From Oopsacas minuta (Eukaryota; Animalia; Porifera): 64,000 bases of DNA. Positions 1 through 12,800 of this stretch are shown here, in pieces. Numbering within the stretch: position 1 is the stretch's first letter; each line of letters opens with the position of its first letter. A program made the position numbers and the translations under genes. The notes under the pieces are model-generated. The model was not told where the DNA came from, searched no databases, and saw nothing but the letters and a program-made list of their open reading frames with translations. The stretch spans positions 124,001 to 188,000 of the forward strand of contig JAKMXF010000302.1 in the NCBI GenBank assembly GCA_024704765.1, read 5' to 3'.

Positions 1-2
1 CT

Positions 3-1157
3 AAGTTTGCTAAATCATCCAAATTGTTTCGTATAAAACAGAGTAAATACGGTCCTGCTTGGGAAGAGAGTCTAATCCCATTCACTGTGTCTGTAACTGA
101 CCCAGAGAAGAAATCCAAATTCCACGGTATGAAGACATTTATAGCCTACGCAGTAACTCCCAGTAATACAAACCTTTCAGTCATTCGTCGTTACAAACAT
201 TATGACTGGTTACATGAGCGACTAATCGAGAAGTTCACTTGTCTCAGTATACCTCCTCTCCCTGACAAACAGCTTACAGGTCGTTTCAATGACGACTTTG
301 TAGAGAAGAGAAGAGATCAGCTAGAGGTCTGGACTAACCGTATTGCTAGACATCCTGTACTGGGTACTAGTGATGTGTTTTCTCACTTTATGTCCGTGTC
401 TGAGGAAGACACGATCAATTGGAAGAATGGAAAGAGAGCTGCTGAGAAGGATGAATTCGTGGGACCTTTATTCTTCTTATCAATCGATCATAACATTGAA
501 ACTATGGAGCTAATGCAAGCTGATTATGAGGTGGAATGTTTCGGTAAGTTTGCTACAAATATCGAAGAAGATCTCCAGCATCTACGGGATAGATTGGAGG
601 ATAGGAAACGAAAGTTTGAAGGACCATTTCGCAGAGAATTTCAGAAGTTCGCTGGAAACATTCAAGCTGTAGCTAAAACATTCCAAAAGGTTGATCAACC
701 TTTCTCTGAGCCTCTGACTCGTGCGCTTGATCACACAGCGATTACTCTATTCGACATAGGAGAGGATCATGTGTCACAACCTCCAAAAGATTTGGTACCA
801 TTTTCTGAGAATATAAAAGAGTATCTTAGTATTCTATCTGCATTCCCTGACCTAGTACACATCCATAAGGGTGCTGTAGCTAAGGTAAGAGAGAGTGAGA
901 AGTTGAAAGATGAATCAAAGATTGGAGCTTCTGATGTGCTAGATGTTACAAACCGTACAATAACAGTATCAGCTGCTCTTCAGTCAGAAATATTACATTT
1001 TCAGAGACAAAGAACTATTGACTTTCAAGGGATGATGAAAGAATACCTGAAACAACAAATCATGTTTTACCAGAATATTGCGAACAAGCTACAATCTACT
1101 TTGGATATGTATGAATTTGATGAAGATACTATCTCCCCTCTTAGTGCAAATGTCTAA
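3..1157 (+). CDS. Sorting nexin of the SNX9/18/33 family (PX-BAR part), 5' partial, no introns in the window
   Basis: PX motifs VIRRYKHYDWLHERL, IPPLPDKQLTGRF and RIARHPVL, followed by a helical BAR region ending QQIMFYQNIANKL. The frame is open from position 3, so the true start lies upstream of the window. Confidence 0.9.
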   Translation, partial: KFAKSSKLFRIKQSKYGPAWEESLIPFTVSVTDPEKKSKFHGMKTFIAYAVTPSNTNLSVIRRYKHYDWLHERLIEKFTCLSIPPLPDKQLTGRFNDDFVEKRRDQLEVWTNRIARHPVLGTSDVFSHFMSVSEEDTINWKNGKRAAEKDEFVGPLFFLSIDHNIETMELMQADYEVECFGKFATNIEEDLQHLRDRLEDRKRKFEGPFRREFQKFAGNIQAVAKTFQKVDQPFSEPLTRALDHTAITLFDIGEDHVSQPPKDLVPFSENIKEYLSILSAFPDLVHIHKGAVAKVRESEKLKDESKIGASDVLDVTNRTITVSAALQSEILHFQRQRTIDFQGMMKEYLKQQIMFYQNIANKLQSTLDMYEFDEDTISPLSANV

Positions 1158-1460
1158 CATAACTTGTTCAATCCCTGTTAAGCTGTTATTGACCTGTATA
1201 TTCCTGCGTAGTATATATTAGGTTCAACAATAACTTTTCTACTTCATGTACTCTTGATTTATATTTTAGTAACATCGTCTATTGTGTTATTTCATTTGTT
1301 TGTTTCGATCACATGGACTGTGTATTGTTCTAAATGTAATATATTTATTGTATTCGTTCATTTGTCAATTTATACAAACTGTCCTTAGAGGACAAATTAA
1401 ATTTCGCAGGATCTTATCCACCTACTCAAGTTTATACTTTCTTAGTTTGGTATAAGTATC

Positions 1461-2186
1461 ATGTGTGCAGTCAATATAGATGAAAATAGTCTCTACGTCT
1501 TAACTGATAGAAGCATAACTCCAACTAATAACTCCCGTGGAGATGGGATGGAGAATATCTGTGAGTTTAGTTTTGATATAGATGACATCATGGAAGGTCT
1601 TGATGTCTCGATTGATCCCTCTGATAAGAAAGAAGATATGGGTAACATACTAGATGATTATATCAATGATTTAGCTCCCTTAGGCCCAGATGAAATGGGA
1701 GAAGATGGCAATTCTACTTCCATTGGTTCTAGCATTGTTAGTAGTGAGGGGGAATCTTCCAGTTTATTTGGAAGTTCATATAATGCTATTACCTTTGTAG
1801 AACAGTGTACCAAGGATATTATGGATATGAACACTTTACCCGATGAAATGGAGATTGGTCCTGAGGACTCTCCTCCTCTCTCTCCTCTCTCTAACTATAC
1901 TAACTCATTCACACAAGAATCTCATACGATTATTCCACAGGGAGAGATATCATCCCTAGGTAGAGCTATTATAACTACACCTCTAGATACACCAGCTGAT
2001 CCTTTATTAGCAGAGCTAAAAGATAAACTATCCAGTTTACAGTGCTTTGAGAACGTGCATATGTATAAAAGCAGTGAGAGAAGGTGCTTTGATTTCTCTA
2101 CACTATCTCCAGATGACGTCATTAGATCAACAGAGAATATTTATAACATAAACAACAAACAAGAAAAAAAGAACAGCTGTTTGTAA
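1461..2186 (+). CDS. Acidic low-complexity protein (241 aa) with a C-terminal FDFxxxSPDD motif; candidate Ski7/HBS1L-V3-like exosome adaptor
   Basis: Intact ATG-to-TAA ORF with coding-like composition. RRCFDFSTLSPDDVIR lies at about 2079-2126. The functional call rests on this one short motif. Confidence 0.55.
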   Translation: MCAVNIDENSLYVLTDRSITPTNNSRGDGMENICEFSFDIDDIMEGLDVSIDPSDKKEDMGNILDDYINDLAPLGPDEMGEDGNSTSIGSSIVSSEGESSSLFGSSYNAITFVEQCTKDIMDMNTLPDEMEIGPEDSPPLSPLSNYTNSFTQESHTIIPQGEISSLGRAIITTPLDTPADPLLAELKDKLSSLQCFENVHMYKSSERRCFDFSTLSPDDVIRSTENIYNINNKQEKKNSCL

Positions 2187-2483
2187 TAATCTTTATTTAA
2201 TCGAGTTTTGTGTATATTTGATTTCTATGACCTGTAAGCTTGTCACTACTAATGTTTAGTTAATTAGTTCTGAACAAAATACAAATGGGGAAGTAAAAGC
2301 AAACTTAATTAAGTTTAAATAGTTAACCTTTACCACGTGTCTTGCATGCGATACTCAATAGGCCATTAACTAAGCTATAAAATCGCCTATTTGTTATAAA
2401 TATTATTTGTAGAACCAATTGTTACAATTCTCCGACTTATTAGAAGCTTGCTTTCGAGACGATCTCCTTCTCCCAGTTCAAGG

Positions 2484-2795
2484 ATGGCTTTCTGCGGTTT
2501 CAGCAGTGAGGTCTATAAAGACCACTTTACAACAGGCGTATACACCTGTTCTAATTGTAACTACGAGTTATTTGACAGTAAATCTAAATTCAAACATTCT
2601 TCTCCCTGGCCTGCCTTCACAAGCACTGTACATGCTGATAGCGTATCTAAACGTTCCGAGACTAAGACAGCTTTTAAGGTGTCATGTGGTAAATGTAAGA
2701 GTCCACTAGGTCATGAGTTTGTTGGAGATGGTCCAGGCGGAGGGTCACGCTTTTGAATATTCTCAAATACTCTCAAATTCGTTGAGAAACAATAG
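2484..2795 (+). CDS. MSRB1: Methionine-R-sulfoxide reductase B1 (selenoprotein R), 103 aa, with TGA 2754-2756 read as Sec
   Basis: MAFCGF start, two CxxC motifs (CSNC, CGKC), HSSPWPAF and [27 protein letters not shown] matches the MsrB1 SRFUIFSSSLKF motif across the UGA, and a SECIS follows. Confidence 0.95.
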
Positions 2796-2845
2796 AGCCT
2801 CGCTTCTATCATTACCCTCCTAATTCATAGTCTTCTTCATTCAAC

Positions 2846-2911
2846 TAATCCATCCATGACGTTATTCTACGAAACCTGACTGGTGTGGCATAACAGATCT
2901 CTTGTGGATTA
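2846..2911 (+). promoter_or_regulatory. SECIS element in the MSRB1 3' UTR
   Basis: Helix I: TAATCCA 2846-2852 pairs with TGGATTA 2905-2911. Core: ATGAC 2856-2860 with AGAT 2895-2898. Helix II: GTTAT/ATAAC extended by CTAC/GTGG. Unpaired AAA at 2872-2874, then a short CC/GG mini-stem. Confidence 0.9.
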
Positions 2912-3097
2912 TTTGTATGTATGTATGTGTAGAGGTTGCATTTATTAACTTTGAGAATTGCTAAGTATTTTGTTGTATTCATTTATTGTTTTTATCTATA
3001 AACTGGGTTTATTGTACTTTAGCTACTAATTTGCACTCTCTACGTGTATATTGTTTGGTATTATAATTATGAGTTAGCTTTATAGGTATAACAGAAA

Positions 3098-6000
3098 ATG
3101 GCGGAGGCTTTCAGCCCTGATCTATTTTCTGATTTCAGGCGGACAACAGGTCCCCAGAGATCGAGAGGTCAAGGTAAGAGAGAAAAGGGGAAGGTAGAAA
3201 AGCCCACGATTAAATCACAAGAGTTTAACCCTCCCCCTCCTGATACAAAGAGGATGAGACACGATACATTTAATTCAGATATACAAGATATATCTCAATC
3301 ATTTACTACAATATCAAATAATGATACACAGGTTATATTACTTTCAGTCATATCAATATACACGTCTATATGATGCAATAGATAATTGATACGTATTTGA
3401 TAAAATTATGTATTTTGAATAGACCTTTAAATTCTAGAATATTCTGTTCTTTTTAGGGCGATTGTTGCATCATTTTTGGAATGAATATAAGCAAGCAAAT
3501 TTTTCATACAAATCATAGCATCTAATATTATGTAATTTTACAGATATCACAAGATTTTTCTAAAGCAGACTCCTCTCAGCTGATGTCCTCCCAACTCGTG
3601 TCACAAGATGTAGACATTCCTGAGAAGTTATCAGCTGTTGACAAGGTGGTAGAAGAATCTAGTCTAGGATTCAAATTCCCGCGTGCTGCCTTCCTACAGA
3701 TTGATACGGGACATTCCGGCTGTGTACACGAAGTATCAGTACCACAGGATATAGAGTATGCTCCCCTTGTCCCATCAAACGAGCCCCCTCTCAGGAAGTT
3801 CCCATTCAAACTGGACCCCTTCCAGCAGGAGGCGATAGACTGCCTAGAAGGTAACCACTCTGTGTTGGTAAGCGCGCATACATCAGCTGGAAAAACAGCT
3901 GTTGCAGAATACGCTATAGCTCTTAGTCTTAAAGACAAACAAAGAGTCATATACACAACCCCCATAAAGGCTCTCAGCAATCAGAAGTATAGGGAAATGC
4001 TGGATATATTTGCTGACGTAGGATTAATGACAGGTGACGTCACTATCAATCCTAGCGCATCAGTACTTGTCATGACAACGGAGATCTTGAGAAATATGTT
4101 GTATCGCGGCTCTGAAGTAATGCGAGAAGTGGGATGGGTTATATTTGATGAGATTCATTACATGCGTGACAAAGATCGCGGAGTTGTGTGGGAAGAGACT
4201 ATAATACTATTACCAGATAATGTCCACTATGTGTTCCTATCTGCTACTATTCCTAATGCGAGACAATTCGCAGAATGGGTATCTCTACTACATAAACAGC
4301 CTGTACACGTAGTATACACTGATCAGAGACCTGTTCCTCTACAGCATTATATATTCCCTGGAGGAGGAGATGGCCTGTATCTAGTAGTCAATGAGAGCGG
4401 AGAATTCTTGGAGGAAAACTTTCAGAAAGCAATGGCTATTCTATCAGAGAGTTCTGAGAGTAAAGGTAAGAAGCAGAGCGGGTTTAATAAGGGTGGTGGG
4501 TCAGTGGAAAAAATTCTAGAGAGTATAATGGAAAAGAAGCTTCAGCCTGTGATAGTGTTTAGTTTCAGTCGTAGAGAGTGTGAATCATACGCCCTACAGC
4601 TGTCTAAGATGGATTTCAATACTAGTGAAGAGAAGAAACTTGTTCAAGCTGTATTTCATAATGCTATTGCTATTCTTAATGCAGAAGATAAGCAACTCCC
4701 TCAGATTGAAAACGTCCTCCCTCTCTTAAAGAGAGGTGTGGGTATACACCACTCAGGTCTCCTACCTATACTAAAGGAGATTATAGAGATATTATTCGGA
4801 GAGGGACTACTCAAGGTACTATTCGCTACAGAGACATTCTCACTTGGACTTAACATGCCTGCTAGGACAGTAGTGTTCGCTAGAGCTAGGAAGTTTGATG
4901 GTGAACACTTCCGCTGGCTAAACAGTGGTGAGTATATACAGATGTCTGGACGAGCTGGTAGGAGAGGACTGGATGACAGAGGTATTGTTATGCTTATGGT
5001 TGATGAACATATGGATGCTGCTATAGGTAGGATAATATGTAATATTATGTGTTATAGTAATAATATGAATTAAATTAGGGAGGAGTTTGCTACAAGGAGA
5101 TCCACATCCTCTGAACTCAGCTTTCCATCAGACATACAATATGGTGCTTAATCTGTTACGAGTAGATGGAATTAATCCAGAGTATATTCTAGAGAGGAGC
5201 TTCCATCAATTCCAGAATAACTGTGGCATTCCAGAGCTTGAAACCCGTCTCCAGGATCTGGACGCTAAGAAGGCTTGTATTTGTATACGTAACGAGGATC
5301 AGATCAGTTCGTATTACAAAATAAAACAACAAATAGATAGGTCAGTAAACGTTTGTAATTATCCATGGTCCAGATTAAATAGTAGTATTGTATTAGACTG
5401 AAGGGAGAATGTCAAAAGTACATTTTAAAGCCTCAGTACTGTCTGCCTTACTTCCAGCCAGGACGTATGTTGAGGGTAACTAATGGAGAAGATAATTTTG
5501 GCTGGGGAGCAGTGATTAACTTTCACCGGAAAGCTAACCCCGAGGCTAAGAAGAATCCTAAATCAGATGAGTTCGTAATAGTTGTTGAAGTTCTCCTTAG
5601 TTGTACTACAGAATCAGTTAAGAAAGCTCCTAAATGTCCTCCTGAACCAGCAAAACCCGGAGAGCCAAAAGAGTTACAAGTAATCCCTGTATTACTAGAA
5701 GCAGTAGCTGATATATCAGTAGTTAGACTATACCTACCTGATGACATCAGATCTGTAGAGGCTAGAAGGAAGGTGGAGAGGTGTATGGATGAAGTAGCGA
5801 ATAGATTTAATGGAGATTTTCCTAAACTTGATCCTATCCTTGATATGAATATAAAAGAGGATGGATTTAAGGAGCTGGACAAGAAAATAAAGTTGTTACA
5901 AGGTAGATTAGAATCTCACCAACTTCATGATTCTCTTGAACTAGAAGCACTCTACGCTATGTTCAAGGAGAAAGAGAGATTACAAACTGAAGCTAAACAG

Positions 6001-6679
6001 GTGATTTAATATTCATATTACTATTTGTTCTATTTACTTCTGTTCATTAAAGATACGAAAAGATTTAAAACTAGCTGAATCAGTGCAACAGATGGATGAG
6101 TTAAAGAGACGTAAGCGCGTGTTAAGACGTCTGGGATATGCTAGTGCTAATGACGTCATAGAAATGAAGGGTAGAGTAGCCTGTGAGATAAGCAGTGGAG
6201 ATGAACTATTGCTTACAGAGATGATATTCAATGGAGCATTTAACTCTATAACTCCTGAACAATGTGTAGCTATACTGTCATGCTTTGTATTCCAGGAGAA
6301 GTGTGACGAACAATTACAAGTAGCAGAGAATCTATCTGGTCCTCTAAAACTAATGCAGCAGTGTGCTAGAAGAATAGGTACAGTCTCAGTAGAAGCTAAA
6401 ATGGCAGTAGATGAGCAGGAGTATGTTAACTCATTCAAACCTCATCTTATGGGTGTTGTATACAGCTGGGCAAAAGGTGCTCATTTCGGAGATATCTGTA
6501 AGATGACGTCAGTATTTGAGGGTAGTATAATCAGATGTATGAGACGGCTAGAGGAATTGCTTAGAGAGATGGCACAAGCTGCAAAGACTATAGGAAATGA
6601 AGAATTAGAGCAGAAGTTTAATGATGGAACTCTTAAAATTAAAAGAGATATTGTGTTTGCAGCTAGTCTGTATTTATAA
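3098..6679 (+). CDS. MTREX: MTR4/SKIV2L2 exosome RNA helicase (spliced, about 5 exons)
   Basis: [30 protein letters not shown]/arch FGWGAVINF and C-terminal [17 protein letters not shown] introns at 3332-3543, about 5027-5079, about 5341-5396 and 6001-6052 join the ORF pieces in frame. Confidence 0.95.
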
Positions 6680-6803
6680 TTAATATCGTTAAAATATCAT
6701 AACTTCGCTCATAAATATAAAATTACTTCCTTATTTATCCTATTATTCAGCTTTATTAGAACTAATTATACATCTACTGCTATTCTTATATGGGTAGAAA
6801 GTC

Positions 6804-9800
6804 ATGAAAATTGACAAAATTAAACTGAAGAGGAGTGTCAATGATTTAGTGAGTTGCCCTCTTTAGTTATTTACCCTCTCAGTAATTAATGTTATCCTGT
6901 ATGTAGCCTCAATCATGTAGAGATGTTATACAATTATTCAAATCTTGTCCTGATCAAGTTCTACTAGCAGAACTCAAGAATACAATTACATGGAATTTCG
7001 GAAAGGTATTATAGTACATTAACTTTACTTCTACAGTATGTTATACGTATATGTATTGTCTAATAGAGCGAGTTGTATCACTGGATAGATGTTCTGAACA
7101 GATTTGATCAAATATTATCTGAGTGTACTCAACTACCTCCCGAGAATCCTCTCTATGAACCAGAGAACATTTATCTAGTTCCTGACATAGCTGATCCTCA
7201 GGTTTATACTGTCATATTGCTTATATATTTGTTACTGTAGTTAATTATTCAATTCTATTTAGAAACGAGAATTAGTTCTACAAATCCTCTCATTCACAGC
7301 ACTGCTTATAGAGAATGCGAATGCTAGGCACACGTACTACTCTATGGAGGTACTATTACGGCCTTATATTCATTAAGTTAACGTATTAATTATATCTTAC
7401 ATATATCTAGCACTTGATTGCTCTACTCACAAGCAATGACTTAGACGTAGTTCTGGCATCACTTAATGTTATTTTCGTATTCAGGTAGGTAACTAATGTA
7501 TTTCCCTAATAACCCATGGTACTTATCTTTTCTTATATGCTAGCAAGCGGTGTCATTATATAAGCAGACTCCCAACTTCTCAAAGAAACGCACTAACCAA
7601 CAGACTAGTACATCTAGCTGAGTCTATGGGAGGGAAGGAGAGCGGGTTTGGTCTGTGTAAACTATCTAAAATACACGATATGCAGGTATGTATTGTTCTA
7701 TGTGTATAATACTTGTTTATTTGTATGTAACACCACTATTATTTACTTTATAGCATTTTCCAGCTTCTGCTACTTCTGTACATTTTGAATTTGCTCTTCA
7801 AGGTGCTTCTGAAGATGAGGTTAGTACATAAATTCATAATCCCCACTCCTCTACTCCTCTACTCCTCTATAAATATTATTCTTATTATCTTATACATTAT
7901 TTAGTTTGTAGATAACAATCAAACTATACAGCTAGACAACTTATATAATGTAAGTTATTGTTGTTTTCCTTACTTGTTGTTGTTGTTTATATGTTTCATT
8001 GATTAGTTTACAGAAAATCCACAACAAATTTTACAACATGTTCTCAAGACATATACTATATCCCGACAAAAACAGGTGATTTATTATTCACGAATTCCCC
8101 CACTTTCTAGGCCTTAAATTTAAAAATTATTCCATCTTTTAGTTTCACTTACTCTACAGAATACAGAGAGCAATGCATTTCCCTAATTTTAATAAGAGAT
8201 GTCAGTGTATAGAGGCACAACTCATGGCTAAATCTATTCTTAGTAAGATCTATTCTGTTAGAATTTACTGTAAATATTCTGTAACTTATACGTACATGTG
8301 TTGTTTAGTCTATTCTGCTTTTGTACCTGACTTCATACAGACCTCAGTGGAACAGGGATTGATAGAAGAGCTAGTTGAGCAGCTGGAAGTAGACTCAGAT
8401 GATGACGTCATAATGGTATGATTAATTAATAACTATCACAGAATAAGTATTGCTAATCTAATCTCATTATTTGTTAGAAATTAAAAGCTGCTTGTTTCAG
8501 AAATCTTACAGCTCTCTTACAACAAGAACGAGAACCAAGGTATAGAATTATAACATGAACGGTAGACTTTATGACCAGGGATAACCATATTTATAACTCT
8601 TCTAGAAGCTGTCCTATCATTAACAAAATAATATCAGCTTTAGATTGTCAGAATTATTACGGTATTCTAGCCTCTCTAGTTAGGAAGATTATTAAAACTA
8701 TGACAGGTGAATAACGCAAAAATTATCTACTTTAATGGCAGAACGTATACTGATAGCTTTATGTATTTAGAAATGAATGTTCTCCTATACTCTCAAGCCT
8801 TCATTACTACTCTATTCTCATTTCTCTATCACATGGCTATTAACGAGACAAGTAAGTTATATTATACTTACGTAATTAACCTTTGGTATCAATTCCTATA
8901 TATACTTGTAAAGGTGCAACTGCTCTGATTGCAAGTGGACACATAGAGTTCTTAATTCAAGTTATTTCATGGAAGACAGACAACCCTCTTAATGTATCAG
9001 TGAGTGCGAATACTTCATGTATACCTGAGTTTATACTAGTTTTGTATTTATACTTGTATTCAGTTAGTAACACGAGCTGTTAGAGTAATAGATCTACTCT
9101 CTACTCTTGATATACAGCCCACACAAGCTAAGTCTATTTGTGACATGTTATTCGAGAGATTAGAAGTGAGTAATTTGCTATGATATGGAATATAATATAT
9201 ATATTATGTGTAATGCAAACAGATGGAGATGAAGATTTGTAGAAGAGATGCACCATATGAGTTACCAGCTGTTAATCCTAAAGACCCTGAAGTTAAAGGA
9301 GATAACAGTCCGGATAAGGATGGAGATAACAAGAGTACTGAGAGTAAAGATATTGTTAAAGTAGAACCGATGGATCTAGAGGAACCTCAATGTACTGTAA
9401 CCCCTGAACAATTGCAACAACATTTATTAGAAATGAGGCAATCGAATCTACAATGTCTTCCTCAGAGATCAGCTCTCATAAAATCTCTTCTGAACTTCTT
9501 CAAGAAAGCAGCTTCTGATTTGTTCTTCCCTGAAACACTTCGTAATCGTTAGTGAATTAATATTAATAACAATCAGCTGATATTATATATCTCTCTATTG
9601 TAGTTTGTGAATCTCCTCTGCTCCCTCATCTCAAGCATATTATAAGCAACGTAGAGTACTATGGTCCTACTCTATACTTACCAGGTAATTTGACTGGTTT
9701 ACTTACTATTCTTATGACATATTATGCTACTCTCCTTCTAGCTACTGAGATAGTAACTAATCATATTCTTAATGAGCCCTCTCATCTCACCCCTCTACAA

Positions 9801-12800
9801 ATGACAGGGTTACCAGGAGTAGTACTTAATTCTCTACTATTCAAACCAGTATGTTATTAATTACAATTAAGAGTTAATTAAAATAGCCATTAACTACATT
9901 ATGTACTGCTGCTGGGTCTCCTCTACCCTTACTCTCCTTCAGAACCTTACCTCTGACTATATCTATCAGCTGATTTCTGTCTTTAAACTTCTCTACAATA
10001 CCCTGATTCTGTTCAAGCACTGTATCTAGCAATTTCCTTATTTCTTGTGTATCAATTATCCTATGTAGATTATCTTCCTCTATAATTATATCAATACTCC
10101 TATCATCTCCATTCTCTATAGCTGTTAGAATAGCTATACATGTCTTCTTGGTTATCCTATTGTCAAGATATTGTAATTTTATCAACTGATGTAGTACGTC
10201 ATATGTTACCCTAGAGTCTTGTAAGTTAGCATTTCTCTTTGCTAATATTCCAACTAATGTACTCATAAATTGGTAAATAACTTTAGGAGATATTTTAGGT
10301 TCTAAGTTAGTAGCGTTTTCGAGATATTGCAACAGTTCTTCTTTCATTAATAGATTTTCAGTTTCATCTGTTCTCAAATCGTAAGTCTGCAATAATCTAG
10401 CTCTCTTCTCGTTTGGTAGCTCCACCAACAATTTCCTCACTTCCACTAGATCTATACAATCAGCTGTTTGCTCTGGACTAACCTTATGGAATTCTATTGC
10501 ATCACTATCTATAACCCATACGGGAGGGAGGTCAGGTTCTGGTATGTATCTGTAATCACTTCCTCCACCTTTCTCTCTCGTTGGATACGTAATTGAGCGT
10601 TTGTTATCGAACATACGCGTCTCTTCGTGAACTTTCTCTCCTCTTTTATACATCTGTGTCTGTCTGTTAATTTCGTATGAGATAGCTTTGTTGATGAACT
10701 TTGTACCAGAAATATTCTTTACCTCTACTCTTGGTGCTGGCTTACCGTCCTTATGTACTGACACGTTAGCATCTACTCTGAATGATCCATCTTCCATTTT
10801 ACAGTCACAAACTTGTAGAGTTTTCAATAGAAGCAGTAATTCTTTTATAAATGAAGCTGCTTCTTGTCCAGTACACATATCAGGAGCTGTTACAATCTCC
10901 ATAAGACCTACACCAGCTCTGTTATAATCCAGTAGAGTTGTGTTAGAATCTCCTATTAGTATCTTGGCACTATCTTGCTCTAGCTGTAATCTATTTATTC
11001 TAACTTCAAAACATTCCCTGCTGCTGGATTCAACCAGAGTTTGCGTTCTAATGTTGATCTTACCATTCTCTGCTAATGGTACTCGTTGCTGCGTTATTTG
11101 ATACCCTGCTGGTAGATCAGGATAGAAGTAATGCTTCCTATCAAAATATGAGACAGCATTGACTTTACACTCCATCGCTATAGCAGTAAGTAACCCATAC
11201 TCTACACAGGTTTTGTTTAACTGAGGTAGTACTCCAGGAAGAGCTATGTCTAGTAGGTCAGCACATGTGTTAGGTGGTTTATCTGAGCTATTTGTAGCTA
11301 CTGAGAATAGTTTTGTGTTAGACTTTATCTGAGCATGTATCTCCAAACCTATTTTACTACTCCATTGATTTGTTGAGAATCCTCTAACTATCCTTCTCAC
11401 ATTAACTATTCTTGTAAATTTTATCATTTTATAAATGTAACGATACTACATTTGTATTTGGGAAGAAATAGCATAGATTATTATTTAGGGTCTGTATTAA
11501 TTTATACTCTCCAGATCCCTCCAACTGTTGACATATTGACTGCACTACCTAATATGCTAAGTGCTTTGTGTCTGAATGAGAGAGGCTTAAACGTGTTCTT
11601 ACAAGCTCAGCCATTCGATAGATTATTCTCCATTCTAATCAGTCCTGAGTACTTGAGTGCTATGAGGAAACGTAAGAATGTAGAGAGCAGCACTACAGGA
11701 TTTGATGCTACTCCAGCTGTGCTTGGTTCTTCAATGGACCAACTAATGAGACATCAACCTACACTCAGATCCCATGTGTTTGACTCTCTTATAAAGTTGC
11801 TTGAGCGGATTCTGGACTATGGGACTGATCCTGATTGGATCATTACCCCATCCAAAGGGGATACTATAGAGGATGTTATATCATATTATTCTGAGGAACC
11901 AGATGATAGCAGTCCTACTGTATCTGAGAATGTTACATTGGAGAAGTTAAGTAATCAACTTATGGAGAAATCCAGACACATTCCACTAATAGACTACATA
12001 CTGAATGTGGTGAGTATACTACAGTTAAAGGGGACACACGGGTTGAGTGATATGTTATCCTCTTATTCTCTATAGATTAGATTCATTTCTCATATAGTAG
12101 CAAATAAGTCATACAATGATGATCATTTGAATGAGTTTCAACAGAGAGGTGGTATGTCCCTGATACTGAAGATTCTGTGTATGCCTAATCTCCCTCTTGA
12201 TTTCTCTAATTCTCAAGCTCTTACCGTCATCCTGTCTTCCATAAAACAGATAGTTGTGAGTTGTATTTACATGTTCTTGAATATATTATATGAACTTGTT
12301 ATTATCATTTTTCTGATAGGAATTTATGAAAAATCCTCAAGACATTTTAGAGTTCATCCTATCACAACATCTCTCTCAGTTATTAGACACCTTATCCCCC
12401 CTTTATGAGACCTCTGCTATTAGTCTCAAATCAGTCCTCATGTCCTGCTCACAGATAGAAAACCAAGTTTCCACTAACTCTCTCCTACATAGGATGTGTA
12501 TAACGCAGCACTATATAGCTCTTCTTGCTAACATGCACAAAACTAATGTACGTAAATACTATTTCTTACAAAGTACTGATTTGGATTGCAATATTTTAAT
12601 GTAAATCTGTTACTTAGAATGAAGCTAAATTTCTAAAGTACTTGGGTGTATGGATTAAAGATGACAGCACAAAGCTCATATTAAAGCAGCTATCTTTCCT
12701 TCACAACTCTCTGTTCTGGGAGAGTGCTCTCTTACTCAATGAACCAGTCACTTCTTCCTCTCTCATCCCTGTTAATTGTCCAACTAAAGAGCGAGAGAGA

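Noticed and set aside
2419-2709. 96-aa ORF overlapping MSRB1 in another frame
   Set aside because: TTG start, no recognisable motif, and fully explained as a shadow of MSRB1.
7845-7869. (ACTCCTCT)3 repeat in a HUWE1 intron
   Set aside because: A trivial slippage repeat with no evident function.
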